Source: Opitutales bacterium (GTDB taxonomy: Bacteria > Verrucomicrobiota > Verrucomicrobiia > Opitutales > UBA2987). Taken from it: DNA of 64,000 nt. Shown here piece after piece: positions 57,780 to 64,000 of the stretch (its first letter is position 1; every line of letters begins with the position of its first letter). The notes beneath the pieces are model-generated. The model was not told the origin of the DNA, searched no databases, and was given only the letters and a program-made list of their open reading frames with translations. The stretch lies in the NCBI GenBank assembly GCA_965226885.1, contig CBDDEL010000010.1:64001-128000 (forward strand), written 5' to 3'. The position numbers were made by a program, and so were the translations under genes.

Positions 57780-57820
57780 GGGAGATTCGACCCGGCTTTT
57801 TATTAAAAATCGGGGTTGAA

Positions 57821-59212
57821 TCAAACGATGCGCTCGAATCGGGATTGAAAAAAGCGCAGGTATTTTGGCTCATAGGTCATCCGCAAGCCGCGAATTTTGT
57901 CCCGTTTGGAGCAAACCTCTTCCACCGATTCAGCCACTACGTCCATGTGGGCCTGAGTATAGACCCGGCGTGGAATCGTCAAACGAACCAATTCGAGTTT
58001 AGGGTAGTTGTGTGCTCCGGTTTCGGGGTTTCTGCCAGCCGAAACGACGCCCCGCTCCATCGCCCGCACACCGGAATCGAGGTAGATTTCAGCTGCCAGT
58101 GTCTGCGCTGGAAAAGCATCCTGGGATAGATGCGGCAAGATTTTCCTGGCATTGAGAAAAACTCCGTGGCCGCCAATCGGCCTGACCACCGGGATACCTT
58201 TCGCCATTAACTGGTCACCCAAATACAGCACCTGGCCTACACGGGCGCGTATGTGGTCTTCGTCAACCGATTCGGCAATGCCTATGGCGAGGGCCTCCAT
58301 GTCTCGTCCGGCCATGCCGCCGTAGGTGTGCAAGCCCTCGAAGATCACGACCATATTTCTGGCTTTGTCGTAAAGGTCTTCGTCATTGACGGCCAGGAAT
58401 CCGCCGATATTCACCATCGCGTCCTTTTTGGCGCTCATGGTTGCGCCATCGGTCAGCGAGCAGATTTCCTTTACAATGGCGGCCGAGGAGAGGTTTTCGC
58501 AGCCTTCTTCCCTTTGCCTTATAAAATAGGCGTTTTCCGTCACCCTGGTCATATCGTGCATGATCGGAATGCCGTGTTTCTGTGTCAGCTCGCGTAAATC
58601 TCTCAGATTCCGCAGGGAAATCGGCTGCCCGCCCGCCATATTGACGGCGGTCGCAATGCAAACGTATGGAATCCTCTCCGGGCCGTATTTTTCGATAAGC
58701 GCTTCGAGCTTGTTCAAGTCCACATTGCCTTTAAAGGGGTGTTCGCTCTCTGGATCGTGCGCTTCGTCGATTATGATGTCGGCAAATTGACCGCCCGCCA
58801 ACTCCTGATGCAGCTTCGTGGTGGTGAAATACATGTTGCCCGGGATGATGTCGCCTTGCTTGATCATTATCTGTGAAATGATGTGCTCGGCGCCGCGACC
58901 CTGGTGGGTCGGCACGATATACTTGTAGCCATAGAAGTCCTGAACCGCTTTTTCCAGATGGTAGAAATTGTCGCTGCCGGCATAGGACTCATCTCCTCTC
59001 ATCATGCCGGCCCATTGCCGGTCGCTCATGGCGGAAGTGCCGCTGTCGGTAAGCAAATCAATATAAACATCCTTTGATTTGAGGAGAAATGTATTAAAGC
59101 CGGCCTGGCAAATGGCGGCTTCACGTTCTTCCGCAGTGCTCATCTTGAGCAGCTCGACCATTTTGATTTTAAAAGGCTCAGCCCAGGAACGCTTTCTTTG
59201 TTCAGATGCCAT
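57821..59212 (-). CDS. tpl: Tyrosine phenol-lyase
   Basis: DLLTDSGT, SAKKD (PLP Lys). TPL-type NMYFTTT, SAGR and LRFF rather than tryptophanase FDTT/LRHF. Confidence 0.88.
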   Translation of the reverse strand: MASEQRKRSWAEPFKIKMVELLKMSTAEEREAAICQAGFNTFLLKSKDVYIDLLTDSGTSAMSDRQWAGMMRGDESYAGSDNFYHLEKAVQDFYGYKYIVPTHQGRGAEHIISQIMIKQGDIIPGNMYFTTTKLHQELAGGQFADIIIDEAHDPESEHPFKGNVDLNKLEALIEKYGPERIPYVCIATAVNMAGGQPISLRNLRDLRELTQKHGIPIMHDMTRVTENAYFIRQREEGCENLSSAAIVKEICSLTDGATMSAKKDAMVNIGGFLAVNDEDLYDKARNMVVIFEGLHTYGGMAGRDMEALAIGIAESVDEDHIRARVGQVLYLGDQLMAKGIPVVRPIGGHGVFLNARKILPHLSQDAFPAQTLAAEIYLDSGVRAMERGVVSAGRNPETGAHNYPKLELVRLTIPRRVYTQAHMDVVAESVEEVCSKRDKIRGLRMTYEPKYLRFFQSRFERIV

Positions 59213-59247
59213 GATATTTCTCCTTTCTTTCTACAAATCAAATGTAC

Positions 59248-59972
59248 TCAACGTTCATAATTCATATTATCCAAGGATTGAAACAGTTCGATGTAGTTGT
59301 ACAAAATTTTCACGTTGTTGTTGAATAGTTTGCTGCTGATTCTATCTTTGGTTTCGTATAGGCCACCCCACTTGTGGCCGGGTTTGATTTTGTAACGATT
59401 GTTTTTCAATATCCATCGACCGGCTTCATCCTGGGTTGAGATGACTTCACCGACTTCTTCTAGCGAAGCTTCCAGTTTTTCCAGAATCTCATCTTGGGAA
59501 AGCTTGCGGTCGCGCTGATTCAGATAAGCGTCTCTTTTCAATTCCGTTATGCGTGCAAATCTTTTTTCCGTTTGTTGTAACCGGTCGATCAAATCCGATT
59601 CGTATCCATATCCGGTGCGGCGTTCGGCGCTGAGTTCAGCAGTAGAATTGACGCGGATTCTACCCCTGTCATAATACAGAGGCCGGCCTGTCCCAATCTC
59701 GACAAACCTGGCCCATTTGCCGTTGGGTAATCGGCTTGAATACAGCCAGTCGATGGCATCCGGAATAGGTTCAAGATAGCGGTCCCGTCCCGTATAGAGG
59801 TAAAGATCCATCAGTGTGCCGATGTTGCGAACCGTTACCATTGGGCAAACTGCGGGCGGCTCAAACACTCTGGCCCAGGCCGGCTGGAGGTAATCGTTAT
59901 ATTGCTGTATCCAACCGGTCTGAGGCGGGGGCAGTTGAGAGATCATGATGAACCAGCCGGCTTTGTTTATGG
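59248..59972 (-). pseudogene. PL10/PelA-like pectate lyase, 5' part removed at an IS1 junction
   Basis: WIQQY...PAWARVFEPPA, WARFVEIGT.RPLY. Frame stays open up to the IS1 end. Confidence 0.7.
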
Positions 59973-59995
59973 GGTAGTGTATAAAAAGTTTATGG

Positions 59996-60722
59996 GGTAG
60001 TGTATAAAAAAAGAATGTTATTTTGTATTTTTAGCTGTACAAATAGCGTTAGGCAGTTTATTCTTAGTGCATGGTTACTAAAATTATTAATTGTCGGCAC
60101 TGTGGAAGTGAAAATATCATTAAATTTGGCAAGACGCCCAACCATAAACAGCGCTACCGCTGCCATGATTGTGGTAAACAAAGCCGCGAAAACCCCACAG
60201 TGAAATACACCGAAGAGCAAAAAGAAATGATCCTTCGAGTCTATCAGGAACGCAGCAGTCTACGCGGTTTACAGCGCGCCTTCGGGGTGAGTCCCAACAC
60301 CGTTTTGAGTTGGTTAAAAAAAACGACAATCGCTGCGACCGCTCAAAAGCACGATTCTTGCGGCCCGCCGCCATGATGTCATTGAACTGGACGAACTGTG
60401 GTCTTTTGTGGGGCGCAAGAGCGATGCCCAATGGGTTTGGATCGCTCTTTGCCGACGCACCCGTCAAATCCTCTCCTATGCCATTGGGCCTCGGGATTGG
60501 TATCGTTGCCGGGAACTTTACGAGCGTCTGCCACGGGCCTACAAAAGATGTGCCACCTACAGCGACTTTTGGAGCACTTATGATGAAGTCTTTCCTCATA
60601 ACCGATCCGTGGGAAAAGAAACCGGTGAAACGGCCCATGTGGAACGATGGAACAATACCCTGCGCCAACGACTGGGTCGTTTCACACGCAAAACCCTCTC
60701 CTTTTCCAAGCTTAAGAGTATG
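59996..60722 (+). mobile_element. IS1-family element copy 2, last ~75 bp missing (truncated by IS21)
   Basis: Near-identical to copy 1. Sequence breaks at the IS21 IR. Confidence 0.92.
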
Positions 60723-60895
60723 TGTAAACGCCGGGATGAAACCGGTAAGGGGGTCGGGGTAAAACCGGTACGCTTGGAATAAGGTTTAGGTTAGTAATTG
60801 CAGGTACGTCAAGGTTTAGGGTTTGGGAGTTGGTTTTGGGGATTGGCTTGGGGTCGGTGAGGAGGCCGGAGGCCGACGAGCCGGGCCCAAGGCGT

Positions 60896-61663
60896 TTATT
60901 GTTTTGTGCCACGGCGACGGCGTCGAGCATCGCGCAAGCGGTAGCTTTGCCCGTTGGCTTCGAGGATATGCACCCGATGGGTGAGTCGGTCCAGCAGAGC
61001 TCCGGTGAGCCGTTCGGAACCGAGCACTTCGATCCAGTTCTCAAAGGGCAGGTTGGTGGTGACGATGAGACTGGTGCGCTCGTAAGCGCGGCTGACCACG
61101 TCGAAGAGCAGTTCGGAACCGGTCTTGGAAAAAGGGACGTAACCGAGTTCGTCGAGGATGAGTAGGTCGAGCCTTTCGAGTTGCTTCATGAAGCGCTGCA
61201 GGTCGTGGTTGTCGCGTTGCTCGAGCATATGGGTAACCAGGGCGGTGACCCCGAAGAAACGGATCCGCCGGCCCTGGGCACAGGCGGCAAAGCCCAGGGC
61301 GGTGGCCAGGTGCGTTTTACCGGTACCGGCGTTACCGAGGAGCAGCACGTTTTCGCGCTGGTCGACATACTCCCCGCGCATGAGCTCTCGGATGAGCGCT
61401 TCGTTGATCGAGGGCTGCGCTTCAAAGGCGAAGCTCTCGAGGGTCTTGAGCACGGGGAAACGGGCGTTTTTGATCCGCCGCTGGGCGGCCCGCTGTTCGC
61501 GTTCAATGAGCTCCCGTTCGACCAGATGCAACAAAAAGGCGGCGTAATCGAGCCGGTCCCGGGAACAAGCCGCGGCCACCGCCGGCCATTCGCGCAGGAT
61601 GGTGGGCAACTTCAGTTTCTTGAGGTGATGGTGTAACAGCAGCTGGTTTTTTTCTTCCTTCAT
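60896..61663 (-). CDS. istB: IS21 helper ATPase IstB
   Basis: GNAGTGKTHLA, LLILDELGY, ALLDRLTH. Confidence 0.95.
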   Translation of the reverse strand: MKEEKNQLLLHHHLKKLKLPTILREWPAVAAACSRDRLDYAAFLLHLVERELIEREQRAAQRRIKNARFPVLKTLESFAFEAQPSINEALIRELMRGEYVDQRENVLLLGNAGTGKTHLATALGFAACAQGRRIRFFGVTALVTHMLEQRDNHDLQRFMKQLERLDLLILDELGYVPFSKTGSELLFDVVSRAYERTSLIVTTNLPFENWIEVLGSERLTGALLDRLTHRVHILEANGQSYRLRDARRRRRGTKQ

Positions 61664-63165
61664 AAAGCCCCTCCTGGAATCTTGAGCAGTTCGCTGTAGG
61701 CACCGAGGTCAGGGGCGGCCACACGGACGTGACGCAGGTGTGGATGGCCGTCCAGCCGGAAGGTTCTGCTCCCGTAGTCTTCCTGAGGATAGAGATACTG
61801 GGCGATGGCCTCACGAGTCAGTCCCCCCACCCGCAGGGCCGAGACGACGGCCTGCTGCAAGGCCGCCATGGGGTGTTTCTCCAACAGCCGCAGCACCCGG
61901 ATATACTCCCGGGTGCCTTCGCCCCCGCATTGGCTTTCGAGCCGGCGTCTGAGGACCTGCAGGCACTGCGGCAACTGCCAGCCCGAGAGTGGGCGGGCGA
62001 AGTCCAAAGCGCCCGGTTTTTTCTCCAGCAAAGCCAGGTAGTGCACCGGCTCGAAAGAGACTTGCTCTTTATCCCAAATGCGGCGGTGCCGGGCCACCTC
62101 TTGGCCCCCACAGAAGATCACCACCTGCCGACAGGACCCTTCCACCACCACCGGATGGTGGGCGCAGCGCACCGGCACCGAATAGTCGTTGCACTCGAAG
62201 CGCACCAGCGAGAGGCTGCTGACGCAGGTCGAGCGTTTGCGGCTCGCTTCAAAGGGTATGGGCGGCAACGCCAGCATGACGGCGCGCTCCTCGGCCAGCA
62301 GTTCCTTTTTCACCGCCCTTTTCCCGCGTAATTTACGCTCCATGTCCCGCTCACATGCCTCCAACAGCTTTGCGTTGAGTTCCTCCAGGTCCCGAACCTG
62401 CGGTACCGGTACCAGGAAGTTGGCCCGGGCATAACGCACGATCCCCTCGACCACGCCCTTCTCGTTGGGCCGGGCGGGCAGACAGAAGTGTTCCTCGAAC
62501 AGGTAATGGCTCTGTAGCTGCAGAAACCCGTCGGTCAGCTTGCGTTCACGCGAACCGATAATCTTACCCACCGCCACCTTCGAGTTGTCATAGCTGATGC
62601 GCCGGGGCACCGCCCCGAAAAACTCAAAAGCTCGCAGGTGCCCCTCCCAGAAGCTCTCCGTGCACTCCCGTTCGAACACCTGCACGAAAAAGGCATCGCT
62701 GTAGGGCAGGCTCATGGCAAAAAATGGCCGCCTACGCAATTGCCCCGCCTCCTTCACCAGGGCATGACCGAAGTCCACCTGTCCCTCCCCGGGGCGGTGC
62801 TCCAGCGGCACGAACACTTCCCGCCGCCTCGCTCGCAGCTCGGCCACCACCTCCTTGACCGCCGTGTAGCCCCCTTGGTAGCCCTTCTCCCGACCCAAAC
62901 GCTGGTAGATCCGTTTGGCCGTATGGCGCTGCTTCTTGGGCACGTTCCGGTCCGCTTTGAGCACCTCCTCGATCCAGCCCACATACGGATCGATCTTGCG
63001 CTCTCGCCTCTTCTTGCGCCGGTATCCCGGCGGCTGGGAATAGGCCAGCATCTTTCCCAGGGTCTCCCAGTGCAGTCCCTCTTCTCGCATTACAGAGCGC
63101 TTGCTCTGCTTGTCCCGCAGCACTTTGTGCCGCACTCTTGTCCATTGCTTCATATCTCGATACAC
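61660..63165 (-). CDS. istA: IS21 transposase IstA
   Basis: QRHTAKRI, GQVDFG, YDN, EKGVVE. Confidence 0.95.
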   Translation of the reverse strand: MYRDMKQWTRVRHKVLRDKQSKRSVMREEGLHWETLGKMLAYSQPPGYRRKKRRERKIDPYVGWIEEVLKADRNVPKKQRHTAKRIYQRLGREKGYQGGYTAVKEVVAELRARRREVFVPLEHRPGEGQVDFGHALVKEAGQLRRRPFFAMSLPYSDAFFVQVFERECTESFWEGHLRAFEFFGAVPRRISYDNSKVAVGKIIGSRERKLTDGFLQLQSHYLFEEHFCLPARPNEKGVVEGIVRYARANFLVPVPQVRDLEELNAKLLEACERDMERKLRGKRAVKKELLAEERAVMLALPPIPFEASRKRSTCVSSLSLVRFECNDYSVPVRCAHHPVVVEGSCRQVVIFCGGQEVARHRRIWDKEQVSFEPVHYLALLEKKPGALDFARPLSGWQLPQCLQVLRRRLESQCGGEGTREYIRVLRLLEKHPMAALQQAVVSALRVGGLTREAIAQYLYPQEDYGSRTFRLDGHPHLRHVRVAAPDLGAYSELLKIPGGAL

Positions 63166-63239
63166 TCCTCCTTTCTAGGATAAGCGTACCGGTTTTAAAG
63201 CGCCCTCTTTACCGTACCGGTTTTTCCCCGGCGTTTACA

Positions 63240-63660
63240 CTTCGTCCCTTTTAAGGCTAACCGGCGCATGGCTTCCATCAAGGTGTAGGCCAGCGCCGAC
63301 AAGAGCAATCGCCACTGATTGGCCCACCATTGATGGGCGCTGGTGCGCTCGCTGAACAATTGCATCTGTTCCTTGATTCGGTTCTCCATTTCACCGCGGC
63401 CACAGTATACCTTGTCGTAAAGCTCCTGGGGATCGCCCGGCAGGTTCGTCACCACGAAGCGCGGGTTGGACCCCTGTGCGGTGTGTTCGGCTTTATGGAT
63501 GACCAACCGCAGCCATCGCCACGAATCGGCAGCATAGACGAAGTCCTGGAATAACCGTTGTTTTTTACCCCTTAGTTCGAACCATTCTTTGGCCTGCTTT
63601 TGCAACTGCTGGGCGTCTTGCTGCAAGCGTGCATTGCGAGCCATCCCCACGATGTAACTA
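63240..63660 (-). mobile_element. IS1380 internal fragment F
   Basis: Matches the transposase sequence of the other copies. Bounded by IS21 and ISNCY copy 3. Confidence 0.9.
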
Positions 63661-64000
63661 GAGGCTGTCCCAAAAGGGTGATTTTTGCGAGGGCTTTTGA
63701 TAGGCGCTCATTTTAGAGGTATTTGCATTTGGGAGAGTATCAACTTTGCTCTCCTATGACGTTAGGATACTGGTTTTGGGGTCCGGTTGCCTGGTTTTCT
63801 TTGTATGAGCCGACAGTAAGGCTGTGAAAAAGTATTGTCCTTGCTTTTCCGCTCTCTAGGCCGCCGCTTTGGTTTTTAGTTCGTCTTGCTGGGCCAGCAT
63901 CTTGGCTACTTTCCATAGGTTGTGCGAGAGTACCGACCAGGCTACGCTGATCGAGCGGTTGGCAAAGCCTTTGCTGCGCAACCGCCCGGCCTGCCAGCGA
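63661..64000 (-). mobile_element. ISNCY/IS5-like element copy 3 (runs off the window), inserted in IS1380-F
   Basis: Starts GAGGCTGTCCCAAAA after TAACTA. Confidence 0.9.

Larger units (their letters stand above)
60723..63239 (-). mobile_element. IS21-family element (istA, istB)
   Basis: IR TGTAAACGCCGGG with internal AAACCGGTA repeats, TG...CA ends. Confidence 0.95.

Overview
Bacterial chromosomal window, most consistent with Verrucomicrobiota/Opitutae. That assignment is an inference from the dnaK-groES-groEL order, the TonB2-type cluster, the Trp-rich C-terminal domain and the SET protein. Core genes include trmH, xth, pyrD, prfB with its +1 frameshift, dnaK, groES, groEL, nadD, rsfS and tpl. 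There is also a TonB receptor/CRTAC1/amidohydrolase/NCS1 locus, a convergent TonB-ExbBD-Ttp cluster, and an ECF sigma/anti-sigma/PDZ operon. About 17.5 kb (~27%) is insertion sequence: 13 elements or fragments from 5 families (6 IS1380, 3 ISNCY/IS5-like, 2 IS1, 1 IS630, 1 IS21), often nested, and several genes are broken. The most unusual signals are: (1) at least 10 exact 2-30 bp tandem micro-duplications, two of which frameshift genes of the ECF operon; (2) a candidate pair of paralogous minus-strand sRNAs hidden by IS insertions; (3) a sigma54 promoter directly abutting the dnaK start codon; (4) a possible periplasmic nucleobase-scavenging pathway with an IS1-split structured leader; (5) a pseudoknot-like element in the IS1380 3' UTR. 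No CRISPR, rRNA, tRNA or reverse transcriptase was seen. All calls come from reading the sequence by eye; no database searches were run.
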